Shown here: one piece after another, positions 18,810 through 28,838 of the stretch
Layout: every line of letters begins with the position of its first letter
Numbering within the stretch: the first letter of the stretch is position 1
NCBI GenBank assembly: GCA_001464355.1
Contig: LNEU01000024.1
Span: 49,063-113,062 of the forward strand
DNA length: 64,000 nucleotides
DNA from: Burkholderiales bacterium Ga0077544
GTDB taxonomy: Bacteria; Pseudomonadota; Gammaproteobacteria; Burkholderiales; Burkholderiaceae_D
Direction of reading: 5' to 3'
Notes under the pieces: generated by a model
Database searches by the model: none
What the model saw: the letters and a program-made list of their open reading frames with translations, nothing else
Told to the model about the DNA's origin: nothing
Made by a program: the position numbers and the translations under genes

Positions 18810-19571
18810 TTACTTGGTTTGCAAGCGGCGATTGATAGTGGCGCTTTTTACCTTGGCCGGCTTGAGTTCCATCGGTGGCAGGCCGAGAAAAATATGCCGG
18901 TAGGATGCATACAGCAAGCCGCCCAGTATCGGGTAGAGCGGCACCACGGTCAGACCGTGAAACAGTGCGCCAGCCATCATCAGTAGCGCAGACAGGAAGA
19001 TCACGATGACGACAAACTTGTTCTGGTTCAATGCCGCGAAGGTTTGGTCCAGACAAGCTCTGAGCGGCAGCGGGGTACAGACGATCAGCGGGATGGCAAA
19101 CCAGGGCAGGATCACTAATAACCAGATGCCGATCGAGAAGAGTGCCTTGGAGCCGGCCAGGAAGTCGCTGATCCGGTGCGCTTGCGCAATGTAAGGCGTG
19201 CTGCCTGTCTCGGGACCGATCACGGAACCCTTGATAATCAGGATGATCAAGGACAGCGCCATGATGAGGGTGCAGACAGCCAGCGCGGAACAGAACAGCA
19301 AGCGCAGCAAGCTATCGCATGCGGCTTTGAGTGTGGGCAATATCGGTTCTGAGGTATCGGCGCAATAGGCCAGTAAAACGAAGACGCCCAACAGCACTGG
19401 CGAAATGACAGTCAGTAGCAGCGCGGGAAAGGGGCTGAGCAAGCCGGTAGTGAGCAAGACCAGGCAGACATTCAATGCCAGGTGTTTGCCGGAAAGATGG
19501 ATGGCTTCCTTGATCCAGCGCCGCCAGCTGGATGTCTCGACTTGTCGGGGGCCAAAGGTATTCATCGTCAT
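18810..19571 (-). CDS. hypothetical polytopic membrane protein
   Basis: About 250 aa with roughly 6 hydrophobic helices and no recognised family. Start ambiguous (19604, 19571 or 19565). Confidence 0.5.
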   Translation of the reverse strand: MTMNTFGPRQVETSSWRRWIKEAIHLSGKHLALNVCLVLLTTGLLSPFPALLLTVISPVLLGVFVLLAYCADTSEPILPTLKAACDSLLRLLFCSALAVCTLIMALSLIILIIKGSVIGPETGSTPYIAQAHRISDFLAGSKALFSIGIWLLVILPWFAIPLIVCTPLPLRACLDQTFAALNQNKFVVIVIFLSALLMMAGALFHGLTVVPLYPILGGLLYASYRHIFLGLPPMELKPAKVKSATINRRLQTK

Positions 19572-19721
19572 TGTCGAAGTCAATGATGATCGCGCGACAC
19601 GCATCGCGCGATCTTTTTGCGAAAATGTAAAAACCTGTGCCGCTTTTATTTATCTTGTCTATCTGTTCTCAAGCATAAGTAAATCCCGGCACGAACGCAA
19701 ACACATTCGGCAGGCTTGCAG

Positions 19722-20567
19722 TCAGGCAGTCAGCAAAGGCAAGATGCCGTCGAGGCCGACGAAATTCAGTGCCACATCGGCTTGTGCACGCACTACCGGT
19801 TTGGCGCGGAATGCCACCGACAATCCGGCAATGCGCATCATCTGCAAATCGTTGGCGCCGTCGCCCATCACGATCGCTTGTTTTGGAGAAATGCCGAGGT
19901 CCTTGCAGACGCGTTCCACCGTCGCTTTTTTTTCTTCGCCATCGACGATGCCGTTGATGACGCGGCCGGTTAATTTTCCATCGACGATTTCCAGCTGGTT
20001 GGAGTGCGTGTAGTCGAGAGTGAGGCGTTGCTTCATGCGGTCTGTGAAGAAGCTGAAGCCACCGGAAACCAGCAGGGTTTTCAAACCTGCAGCCTGTATC
20101 GCGCTGAGCATTTTCTCAGCCCCCGATGACAGTGCCAGTCGTTCATCATAAACGCGCTGCAGCGCACCGGCATCCAATCCTTTGAGGAGGGCGACGCGGC
20201 GTGTCAGACTTTCCTTGAATTCGATTTCACCGCGCATGGCAGCTTCGGTAATTTCTGCAACTTGTGGTTTCAAGCCTTGCATGTCGGCGATTTCATCTAT
20301 GCATTCGATCGTGATCAGCGTCGAATCCATATCCATCGCGACCAACTTGAAATCGGCCATGGAACGGCCGCGTTCGATGAACGCATAATCAAGCTTTTCT
20401 GCCCATGCAGCCATGTCGATTTGCGATTTAACCTCGTCGTTGTAGCTGACGTCGACGCAACGGTAGGCATGTTCGCCGATGGCGACGATAGCGTGCGGAC
20501 GTGCCAGGTCGGCAATCCGTTCGACGATGTGGCGTTGTGCGGTCAGGCCTTGCAAAATCAGATTCAT
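19722..20567 (-). CDS. serB: phosphoserine phosphatase
   Basis: 281 aa with HAD motif I DMDSTLI and motif GDGANDL. N-terminal ACT-like extension. Confidence 0.88.
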   Translation of the reverse strand: MNLILQGLTAQRHIVERIADLARPHAIVAIGEHAYRCVDVSYNDEVKSQIDMAAWAEKLDYAFIERGRSMADFKLVAMDMDSTLITIECIDEIADMQGLKPQVAEITEAAMRGEIEFKESLTRRVALLKGLDAGALQRVYDERLALSSGAEKMLSAIQAAGLKTLLVSGGFSFFTDRMKQRLTLDYTHSNQLEIVDGKLTGRVINGIVDGEEKKATVERVCKDLGISPKQAIVMGDGANDLQMMRIAGLSVAFRAKPVVRAQADVALNFVGLDGILPLLTA

Positions 20568-20638
20568 GGCGATGTATAAAAGTGAGTCGAAGTAAATCGA
20601 AGTGAATCGTTAAGTGCTTTTAAATATTTGTTACGCAC

Positions 20639-23600
20639 TTATGCAAGCAGTGCGCGTATCGTGTTCTTGATCTGGGTAACACGTGCCGCCAGATCGGGCA
20701 TGCTGGCAGTAATACGTAACTTATCCTGACCATTCAATTTGATGTGACGATTTTTTTGAATCAGCTCGATGATGCGCATTGCATCAATAGGTGGATTCGG
20801 TTCAAATTGCAGTGTCGCAGATTCTGCGTGCGCATCTATCTTGATGATGCCGACCGGTACCGCTGCAACGCGCAGTCTGTGCGTCTCCACCAAGGCTTGT
20901 GCCGCATCTGGCAGTTTGCCGAAACGGTCTATCAATTCTTCCTGCAAGTCGTTGACGGCATCCTGTGTTTTGCAGTTTGCCAGACGTTTGTAGATGGACA
21001 GGCGCTCGTGCACATCACCGCAATAGGTGCTCGGCAGCAGCGCCGGGACATGCAGATTGATCTCGGTCGTACTCGACAGCGGTGCGGCCAGATCCGGTTC
21101 CTTGCCATTCTTCAGCGAGCGTACCGCTTCATTCAGCATGTCGGAATAGAGCTGGAAGCCTATTTCGGTCATTTCGCCCGATTGATTATCGCCCAGCACT
21201 TCGCCGGCGCCGCGTATCTCCAGATCGTGCATTGCCAGATAGAAGCCGCTACCAAGTTCTTCCATTTGTTGAATGGCGTCGAGACGGCGTTGTGCGAGTT
21301 TGGTTAAACCCTGTACGTCCTGCACCAGCAGATACGCGTATGCCTGATGATGTGAGCGACCGACGCGTCCGCGTAATTGGTGCAGTTGTGCGAGGCCGAA
21401 CTTGTCGGCCCTGTGCATGATGATGGTGTTGGCAGTCGGTACGTCGATGCCGGTTTCGATAATCGTCGTACAAAGCAGAATATTGAAACGCTGGGCGACA
21501 AAATCGCGCATGATGCGTTCCAGATCGCGCTCGTGCAACTGGCCGTGGGCAACGCCGATGCGCGCTTCCGGCATCAGTTCTTCCAGCATCGCCTTGCGAT
21601 TTTGGATGGTTTCGACCTCGTTGTACAGGAAGTAAACCTGGCCGCCGCGCTTCAATTCGCGTAGACAGGCTTCGCGTATCACGGATGCGTTTTCACTGCG
21701 TACAAAGGTCTTGATCGCAAGCCGCTTTTGCGGAGCGGTGGCGATGATCGAAAAGTCGCGCAAGCCTTCCAGCGCCATGCCCAGTGTGCGTGGAATCGGC
21801 GTGGCGGTCAGCGTCAATACATCGACTTCCGCACGCAATGCTTTGAGGGTTTCCTTCTGCCGCACGCCGAAACGATGTTCTTCATCGATGATGACCAGAC
21901 CGAGGCGAGAGAACTTGGTATCCGCAGACAATAATTTATGCGTGCCGATCACGATATCCAGCGTGCCATCGGCCATGCCTTTCATCGCTTGGGTGATTTC
22001 CTTGCCGCTGCGGAAGCGCGATAATTCAGCGATGCGTACCGGCCAGTCGGCGAAACGATCGGCAAAAGTTTGCGCATGTTGTTCTGCCAGCAGCGTTGTC
22101 GGCGCCAGAATCGCGACCTGTTTGCCGCCGAGCACGGCGACGAAAGCCGCGCGCAGTGCGACTTCGGTCTTGCCGAAACCAACGTCGCCGCAGATCAGTC
22201 GGTCCATCGGCTTGCCGCTGGTCATGTCCTTGATGACGGCATTGATGGCGGCGGCTTGATCGACGGTTTCTTCAAAGCCGAAGCTTTCCGCAAAGGCTTC
22301 ATAATCGTGTGCCGAGTATTCAAAGCTGTGGCCTTCGCGCAGCGCGCGGCGGGCGTACAAATTCAATAATTCAGCAGCGGTGTCGCGGATTTTTTCAGCA
22401 GCGCGGCGCTTGGCTTTTTCCCATTGACCGGAACCGAGTGCATGCAAAGGTGCATCGTCAGGCGACGCGCCTGAGTATCGAGAGATCACATGCAGCTGTG
22501 ATACCGGGACGTAGAGCTTGGTGTCTTTCGCATATTCCAGATGCAGGAACTCGGTTTCGCCTTCGCCCAGATCCATGCTGATCAGGCCCATGTAGCGCCC
22601 GATGCCGTGATTGATGTGCACGACCGGATCGCCGATCTTGAGCTCGGACAGATCGCGCACCATCGATTCGACTTGCGTGGCACCTTCCTGCTTCTTGCTG
22701 CCGACGCGGCGACCTGAGCCCGCGTACAACTCGGTTTCGGTGATGAAGGCAAGGTCGCCGAGTGCATTTCCAAGTTCGAATCCGGCGTGCATGGGCGCGA
22801 CACCCAGCATCAATTTTGCAGATGCGGTGCTGAAGTCGGCAAAGCCATCTGCTGGCGTTAATGCCAGATCGTATTCATTGAAATACTGCTGCAGCGTTTC
22901 GCGTCTGCCGTTAGTTTCAGCGCAAATAAGGACGCGTTTGTCAGTCTGTAGCAGGTAGGCGCGCAGATTGACTAGTGGATCATCGGCACGGCGATTGACG
23001 GCGATATTGGGCAATGACGCTGATAACTCTGATGCCACGTCTTCGCTTTGAATAACCCAGCGACCAAACGGTTTTGCCAGCGTGAAGAAGTTTTCATCGC
23101 TGAGAAAAATCTGTTCTGGCGCGAGTAAAGGACGTTCTCTATCTGACTTGAGGAAGCGGTAGCGCGATTGCGTATCTGTCCAGAAGCGCTTGATCTCCGC
23201 ATCGATATCACCGACCAAAGCAAACGTTGTATCCGTCGGCAGATAATCGAACAGCGTTTTGGTTTCTTCGAAAAACAGTGGCAGATAATATTCGATACCA
23301 GCAGAAGCGATGCCACTGCCTATGTCTTTGTAAATTACTGAACGGCTCGGATCGCCTTCGAATAATTCGCGCCAACGACCGCGGAAAGCGGTGCGCGCTT
23401 CTTCATCCATAGGGAACTCGCGCGCCGGCAGCAAGCGCACTTCCTTGACCGGATACAGCGAGCGCTGGGTATCCGCGTCGAAGGTGCGTATCGTGTCTAT
23501 CGTGTCGCCGAACAGGTCGATGCGATACGGCAGTACGGAACCCATCGGGAAGATATCGATCAAGCCGCCACGCACCGAGTATTCGCCGGGCGACATGACT

Positions 23601-24088
23601 TGCTTGACGGGACTGTAGCCGGCGAGTTGCAACTGCGCCTTCAGCTTCGCTTCATCGAGCTTTTCGCCTTGCTTGAAGAAGAAAGTGTAGGACGCGAGAA
23701 ATGAGGGTGGTGCCATCCGCACCAGCGCGGTGGTAGCCGGTACGATCAACACATCGCATTGACCGTTCAGGACTTCGTATAACGTTGCCAGTCGTTCGGA
23801 TACCAGATCCTGATGCGGCGAAAAGGCGTCGTACGGCAGCGTTTCCCAATCCGGCAGCAAATGGCAGCGCGGTTTTTCCTGTCCCTCGGTAGTGAACCAC
23901 GGGATTTCAGTCAGCAGACGTTGCGCATCGCTGGCGCTGGCAACCACCACCGTCAACATGCGCTTGTGTGATTTCAGTTCTGCGGCTGCTTGCGCCAGTA
24001 CATAAGCGTCTGCCGAACCGTGAACTGAGGGTAGGACAAAACGCGTACCAGGCTTTGGGAGAGATTTTTTTAGGTCGAATGACATCAA
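20639..24088 (-). CDS. mfd: transcription-repair coupling factor
   Basis: 1149 aa with a UvrB-homology N-terminus, RNAP-interaction domain, superfamily-2 helicase motifs (GDVGFGKTE, DEEH) and a TRG region. Confidence 0.95.
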   Translation of the reverse strand: MMSFDLKKSLPKPGTRFVLPSVHGSADAYVLAQAAAELKSHKRMLTVVVASASDAQRLLTEIPWFTTEGQEKPRCHLLPDWETLPYDAFSPHQDLVSERLATLYEVLNGQCDVLIVPATTALVRMAPPSFLASYTFFFKQGEKLDEAKLKAQLQLAGYSPVKQVMSPGEYSVRGGLIDIFPMGSVLPYRIDLFGDTIDTIRTFDADTQRSLYPVKEVRLLPAREFPMDEEARTAFRGRWRELFEGDPSRSVIYKDIGSGIASAGIEYYLPLFFEETKTLFDYLPTDTTFALVGDIDAEIKRFWTDTQSRYRFLKSDRERPLLAPEQIFLSDENFFTLAKPFGRWVIQSEDVASELSASLPNIAVNRRADDPLVNLRAYLLQTDKRVLICAETNGRRETLQQYFNEYDLALTPADGFADFSTASAKLMLGVAPMHAGFELGNALGDLAFITETELYAGSGRRVGSKKQEGATQVESMVRDLSELKIGDPVVHINHGIGRYMGLISMDLGEGETEFLHLEYAKDTKLYVPVSQLHVISRYSGASPDDAPLHALGSGQWEKAKRRAAEKIRDTAAELLNLYARRALREGHSFEYSAHDYEAFAESFGFEETVDQAAAINAVIKDMTSGKPMDRLICGDVGFGKTEVALRAAFVAVLGGKQVAILAPTTLLAEQHAQTFADRFADWPVRIAELSRFRSGKEITQAMKGMADGTLDIVIGTHKLLSADTKFSRLGLVIIDEEHRFGVRQKETLKALRAEVDVLTLTATPIPRTLGMALEGLRDFSIIATAPQKRLAIKTFVRSENASVIREACLRELKRGGQVYFLYNEVETIQNRKAMLEELMPEARIGVAHGQLHERDLERIMRDFVAQRFNILLCTTIIETGIDVPTANTIIMHRADKFGLAQLHQLRGRVGRSHHQAYAYLLVQDVQGLTKLAQRRLDAIQQMEELGSGFYLAMHDLEIRGAGEVLGDNQSGEMTEIGFQLYSDMLNEAVRSLKNGKEPDLAAPLSSTTEINLHVPALLPSTYCGDVHERLSIYKRLANCKTQDAVNDLQEELIDRFGKLPDAAQALVETHRLRVAAVPVGIIKIDAHAESATLQFEPNPPIDAMRIIELIQKNRHIKLNGQDKLRITASMPDLAARVTQIKNTIRALLA

Positions 24089-24309
24089 ATAGCGACATTA
24101 CACATGTCAGGGTGGTCAAAAAGTGCCGACGGGCTTGTCCAGACTTGCCCTAATTTATTTACATGCACTTCATTTGACAGTGAAAAATTATGGTGAGATT
24201 ATAAACCAAGCCCCGTAGCGGAGTCCTGCTCTGCTTGGGCACGTGCGCAATCCGAATACCGATTTTTCCACCAATAGAGCGCACCAGTGCACATTCCCCT
24301 TATTTTGTT

Positions 24310-24999
24310 ATGAACCTTCCCCGTTATTTCGCACTGATTCCTGCTGCCGGTGTTGGCGCGCGCATGGGCGAAAAAATCCCCAAGCAATATGTTTCCATCG
24401 CGGGCAAACCTATGTTGCGACGCGTGCTGGATACGTTTTCGATTGCTGAATCCGTCACGCATACCTTTGTCGTGGTGAGCCAGGACGATGCGTATATCGA
24501 TACTACTTTACCGGTAGATCGTTCTCGTCTCACCGTATTGCGTGTGGGTGGCGAGACCCGTCATTTATCCGTGCTGAATGGTTTGCACGCGATTCGCGAG
24601 CAGGTCGATGACGATGACTGGATTCTGGTGCACGATGCCGCACGTCCTGGTCTTACGATTACCTTGATCGATGCCTTGATACATAACTTGCAAGACGACG
24701 AAGTCGGCGGCTTGCTGGCGGTGCCGGTGGTGGATACCTTGAAACGTTCTGGCACTGGTGGTCGTGTAGATGAAACCGTGCCGCGTGATCGTTTGTGGGC
24801 AGCGCAGACGCCACAGATGTTTCGCTATGGCTTATTGCGTCGCGCACTGGAGCGGGCCGTTACTGTCACCGATGAGGCGAGCGCGATCGAGGCATTGGGC
24901 TTGCAACCAAAACTGGTGGAAGGCAATGCTCGCAACTTCAAGGTAACGTTGCCGCATGATGTGGCGCTTGCCGAACTTTATTTAAAAGGACTTGTATGA
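24310..24999 (+). CDS. ispD: 2-C-methyl-D-erythritol 4-phosphate cytidylyltransferase
   Basis: Start placed at [20 protein letters not shown] (P-loop-like IspD motif). The stop overlaps the ispF start. Confidence 0.9.
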   Translation: MNLPRYFALIPAAGVGARMGEKIPKQYVSIAGKPMLRRVLDTFSIAESVTHTFVVVSQDDAYIDTTLPVDRSRLTVLRVGGETRHLSVLNGLHAIREQVDDDDWILVHDAARPGLTITLIDALIHNLQDDEVGGLLAVPVVDTLKRSGTGGRVDETVPRDRLWAAQTPQMFRYGLLRRALERAVTVTDEASAIEALGLQPKLVEGNARNFKVTLPHDVALAELYLKGLV

Positions 25000-25511
25000 G
25001 TAGCCCGATTCCAGCCTTGACTCCCGCAGCGATGCCATTCAGGATCGGCCAGGGTTATGACTGCCATGCGCTGGTAGAAGGCCGCAAATTGATTATTGGC
25101 GGTGTCACGATTCCGCATGTGACAGGTTTGCTTGGTCATTCCGATGCAGACGTATTACTGCACGCGATTACTGATGCCCTGTTTGGTGCGGCCGCTTTAG
25201 GCGATATCGGCAGTCATTTTCCAGACACTGCAGTCGAATTTGCCGGTGCTGATTCCAGGGTGTTGTTGCGTGAAGCTGCCAAACGCGTGTCGGCGGCAGG
25301 TTTTCGCGTTGGCAATGTGGATGCCACCATCATTGCGCAAAAACCTAAGATGGCACCGCATATTTCAGAGATGGTTGCGAACATTGCCGAAGATCTCGGT
25401 GTTGCGATCAATCAAGTCAATATCAAGGCAAAAACCAATGAGAAATTGGGTTATTTGGGAAGAGAAGAGGGAATCGCCGCCGAGGCGGTCGCATTGATTT
25501 ATCAAACTTGA
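24996..25511 (+). CDS. ispF: 2-C-methyl-D-erythritol 2,4-cyclodiphosphate synthase
   Basis: 171 aa with [10 protein letters not shown] and [15 protein letters not shown] motifs. Confidence 0.93.
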   Translation: MSSPIPALTPAAMPFRIGQGYDCHALVEGRKLIIGGVTIPHVTGLLGHSDADVLLHAITDALFGAAALGDIGSHFPDTAVEFAGADSRVLLREAAKRVSAAGFRVGNVDATIIAQKPKMAPHISEMVANIAEDLGVAINQVNIKAKTNEKLGYLGREEGIAAEAVALIYQT

Positions 25512-25603
25512 TGAAAATAGTTGAAATTTATTTCCATTTGTTATGTCTACAGAATGTGTATTAATTATTTATCTGAAAACATGCCTTGAAAGGATATGGA
25601 AAT

Positions 25604-25900
25604 ATGTCGAATGAAGGCTATCACGAGCCAGTTGATAAATTGTCAGCGGAAACCATGGATATGCACAGGGCAATCACGTCCCTGATGGAGGAACTGGAAG
25701 CAGTTGACTGGTATAACCAGCGTGTCGATGCCGCAACTGATCCGGAATTGAAAAAGATACTTGAGCATAATCGTGACGAGGAGAAAGAGCATGCAGCAAT
25801 GGTGCTTGAATGGATACGCAGACGCGATCCGAAAATGGACAAACATTTGCGTGATGCTTTGTTTAAAGATGGTCCGATCACCGGCGATCATCAAGAGTGA
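25604..25900 (+). CDS. encapsulated-ferritin-like (EncFtn family) protein, apparently without targeting peptide
   Basis: MSNEGYHEPVDKLSAETMDMHRAITSLMEELEAVDWYNQRVDAATDPELKKILEHNRDEEKEHAAMVLEWIRRRDP closely resembles, from memory, Rhodospirillum rubrum EncFtn, including the MEELEAV and EEKEH metal-ligand positions. ATG 25604 follows an AGGA Shine-Dalgarno. Confidence 0.72.
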   Translation: MSNEGYHEPVDKLSAETMDMHRAITSLMEELEAVDWYNQRVDAATDPELKKILEHNRDEEKEHAAMVLEWIRRRDPKMDKHLRDALFKDGPITGDHQE

Positions 25901-26055
25901 ATGCGGTAAAACGGTGCAAAAAAAATAAGCCGTTTAAATGCATTGAATTCTCAAAAAATATCACCATCTATTGCAGCATCGGCCGGATTAACGCATAGTG
26001 TGAATATGCGTTATTGCATGACCGGCTTTATCAAGTGATTCAGGAGTGAAACTAC

Positions 26056-26355
26056 ATGGCATCTTTTCTTTTCAGTCAGCATGCACAAGGTTGGCAACAA
26101 ATGTTCCGCCGCAGCCAATCAGGCGGTTTCTTTTCGCGGTTATTTGCGTGGCTGATGCTGGGTGTCGTGTTGATGGCAGGTTTGCTGCTGATCGTCACCG
26201 TATTGTTGCTTAGCTGGTTGCTGATTCCGGTATTGATGTATAAAAGACGTCGTGCGTTAAAAGCACGCTTCCAAGCTGAGCGTGCGTATCGCCAATCGGC
26301 GCATGGCGACATCATCGATGGCGTGGTGACCGAAATTAAAGACGACAAGGTTTAA
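26056..26355 (+). CDS. hypothetical membrane protein
   Basis: 99 aa with two hydrophobic helices followed by a basic stretch (YKRRRALKARF). No family recognised. Confidence 0.4.
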   Translation: MASFLFSQHAQGWQQMFRRSQSGGFFSRLFAWLMLGVVLMAGLLLIVTVLLLSWLLIPVLMYKRRRALKARFQAERAYRQSAHGDIIDGVVTEIKDDKV

Positions 26356-26388
26356 GTTGTCATGGCCTGAATGTATCAGGCTCGATAT

Positions 26389-26426
26389 AAAAAACGCACA
26401 TTGCTTGCAAGCATGTGCGTTTTTTT
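26389..26426. terminator. bidirectional intrinsic terminator
   Basis: AAAAAA-CGCACAT(T)GCTT-gc-AAGCATGTGCG-TTTTTTT between convergent stops at 26355 and 26505. Confidence 0.7.
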
Positions 26427-26504
26427 ATATGGATGATCGTTGACGATATTCTTTCGTGATCAGCTCATTCTTGCAGTTGACGCATGACTGTATATACGCA
26501 TGTT

Positions 26505-27878
26505 TCAGATCGGAAAAGGTCCATGCTTTTTCTTTGAATTTGCCAATACGATTTGCAGCTTCAAACCACCGCCATCTCGATTGCATAGATTGAGTTTGCC
26601 ACTGTGTCGTTTGACGATTCTATCGACAATGGCCAATCCCAATCCTGCACCATTCGCCTGCCCACGTGCACTGTCCATCCGCGTGAAGGGACGCAATAGG
26701 CGGCTGATTTCATCATCTGGTACGCCAGCGCCGTGATCGGCAATTTCCAGAAAGACTTTGTCGCCTTCGGTGCGACAGCAGATATCAATCTCTACATGCG
26801 ATGCATCGCTCGCCTTACCGTAGCGGCGTGCGTTTTCAACCAGATTGTTGACTATCCTTTTTATATCGATGGTATTGCCAAGGACTGTGACATTGTCCTC
26901 TATCGCTTTATTGACGTTGACGTCGGCTAGTCGTGCGGCTTCATGCGCTGCATCGCTGATCAAAGCGGTTAAATCGATCACTTCAAAATGACTGCTATCG
27001 ACCGGTTTTGCATAGTCTAGAAATTGGCCAATGATGGCATCCATTTGATGCAGATCTGATTGCATGCCTTTGCGTGCGTCGTCCGGCAGGCCTGCCATTT
27101 CAACTTCGAGTTGCATGCGGGCGAGTGGCGTACGCAAATCGTGCGAGATACCTGCAAGTACAACTGCACGATCGGATTCTACGCGATTGAGATCATCGAC
27201 CATTTGATTGAAACTGCGATTTGCCTCACGAATTTCGGTGGGGCCGCGCTCCGGCAATGGTGCCGGGTGCTGTCCTTTTGCAATGGCGCGAGTAGCTGCG
27301 GTAAGGCGTGCCAGTGGTTGATTGATCAAGCCGGAAATCATCAATGCCCCCAGCAATGAAAGCAGCAAGGTGGCGGCGCCCCAGCCTATCCATTGCACAC
27401 CAAAAGTGCCTTCCACACGATCACGATCGAGCATCAGCCAGTATTGATCATCAGAGATATTGAAGCTGACCCAGAATCCCGGCACATCATTGACTGTACG
27501 TGCGAAGCGGGTTTCCTTGCCCAGGGTTGCGCGCACATTTTCCTGGATACTTTGCACCAGACTGTTTTCAATCGGCGGTTCGACCAGATCGGTATCTTCC
27601 AGCGGATAGACGCGTACGCCTTCATTGCTGGAAAGATCAAACAGCAACTCGCGACGCAGATCAGGTGCGGAATGGGTGAGTGCTGCACGCGTAATGGTGA
27701 CGACTGAAATGACTTGTGCCGCTATCTGATTGGCGCGTGGAGTTTGTTCCACCACGCGATAGCTTGCAACCCAGGCAGCCATGCTGGCTGCAATCAGAAA
27801 AGCCAGCATGAAAAAGGTACGCCAGAACAGGCCGCTCTTTATCCAGCTCAGGCGGGTAGGTGGTAAAGGTGTCGACAT
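26505..27878 (-). CDS. envZ: osmolarity-type sensor histidine kinase (EnvZ-like)
   Basis: 457 aa with 2 TM segments, HAMP, an H-box GISHDLRTPLARM and HATPase_c (GAGLGLAIV). Lies downstream of ompR. Confidence 0.85.
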   Translation of the reverse strand: MSTPLPPTRLSWIKSGLFWRTFFMLAFLIAASMAAWVASYRVVEQTPRANQIAAQVISVVTITRAALTHSAPDLRRELLFDLSSNEGVRVYPLEDTDLVEPPIENSLVQSIQENVRATLGKETRFARTVNDVPGFWVSFNISDDQYWLMLDRDRVEGTFGVQWIGWGAATLLLSLLGALMISGLINQPLARLTAATRAIAKGQHPAPLPERGPTEIREANRSFNQMVDDLNRVESDRAVVLAGISHDLRTPLARMQLEVEMAGLPDDARKGMQSDLHQMDAIIGQFLDYAKPVDSSHFEVIDLTALISDAAHEAARLADVNVNKAIEDNVTVLGNTIDIKRIVNNLVENARRYGKASDASHVEIDICCRTEGDKVFLEIADHGAGVPDDEISRLLRPFTRMDSARGQANGAGLGLAIVDRIVKRHSGKLNLCNRDGGGLKLQIVLANSKKKHGPFPI

Positions 27879-27906
27879 CCCTTGAGTTTTTCAGCTGGCC
27901 AAAATT

Positions 27907-28674
27907 TTAGCGTGGCTTCCCTTCGGGAATAAATACATAACCGAGGCCCCAGACGGTCTGGATATATAACGGTGTCGATGGATCAGGTTCTATCAATTTT
28001 CGCAGACGTGAAATTTGTACGTCGAGACTGCGATCGAAGACTTCATATTCACGGCCGCGCGCCAGTTCCATCAATTTTTCACGAGACAGCGGTTGACGCG
28101 CATGGCGTGCAAAAACTTTCAATACGGAAAATTCACCTGTTGTCAGTGGCACGGTTTCGTCATTTTTTTTCAAGGTACGCGTACCCAAATCCAGCGTGAA
28201 TTCACCAAAGGTAAAGGATTGCGGCGTTTCTGACGGTGCGCCTGGTGCTTCTTCTGGCCCTACACGGCGCAACACGGCGCTGATGCGCGCGACCAGTTCG
28301 CGTGGGTTGAACGGCTTGGGGATGTAATCGTCCGCGCCCATTTCAAGTCCGACGATACGATCGACATCTTCACCCTTGGCAGTCAGCATGATGATAGGTG
28401 TCTTATCGCCTGCACCGCGCAGGCGGCGGCAGATAGACAGCCCATCTTCGCCCGGCAGCATCAAGTCGAGTACCAGCAGATCGTAGCGTTCACGCAACCA
28501 CAACTTGTTCATCGCCTGTGCGTTTTCTGCAGTCACAACATTGAATCCTTGTTCCGACAAATAACGACGCAGCAGATCGCGCAAACGAACATCGTCATCA
28601 ACGACCAGCACCTTGGTCTGATGAGAGTTGGTCGAATGGGTTGTTTCCTTTATTGGAGCATTTGTCGTATTCAT
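27907..28674 (-). CDS. ompR: OmpR-family response regulator
   Basis: 255 aa with a receiver domain (VLVVDDD..LDLMLPGEDG) and an OmpR/PhoB winged-helix C-terminus (IQTVWGLGYVF). Confidence 0.9.
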   Translation of the reverse strand: MNTTNAPIKETTHSTNSHQTKVLVVDDDVRLRDLLRRYLSEQGFNVVTAENAQAMNKLWLRERYDLLVLDLMLPGEDGLSICRRLRGAGDKTPIIMLTAKGEDVDRIVGLEMGADDYIPKPFNPRELVARISAVLRRVGPEEAPGAPSETPQSFTFGEFTLDLGTRTLKKNDETVPLTTGEFSVLKVFARHARQPLSREKLMELARGREYEVFDRSLDVQISRLRKLIEPDPSTPLYIQTVWGLGYVFIPEGKPR

Positions 28675-28725
28675 TTGGCTATGGTAACTTCAGAAAGACT
28701 TTTCGGCATAGCGGGGAATGCAGTC

Positions 28726-28755
28726 ATTACAAAGTGTTACAACCTTTACGGAAAT
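28726..28755. promoter_or_regulatory. three phased TTAC(A)-type direct repeats (candidate OmpR-family binding sites)
   Basis: ATTACAAAGT GTTACAACCT TTACGGAAAT, with TTAC at 28727, 28737 and 28746. Located in the divergent region between ompR (start 28674) and ORF 28839. Resembles the GTTACA half-sites of E. coli OmpR boxes. Confidence 0.3.
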
Positions 28756-28838
28756 GGACTTAGGGCCAGAGGCAAAGCAGCATAGACTTTGTGCGTGGAC
28801 AAACGATAAGCGCGCATTTTTAAAAGCTGCGGAAGATT

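Noticed and set aside
25540-25585. Possible Fur box in the AT-rich region upstream of the EncFtn-like gene (GTATTAATTATTTATC)
   Set aside because: Alignment to the 19-bp Fur consensus GATAATGATAATCATTATC is poor outside generic A/T content. This would need a proper matrix scan before any claim.
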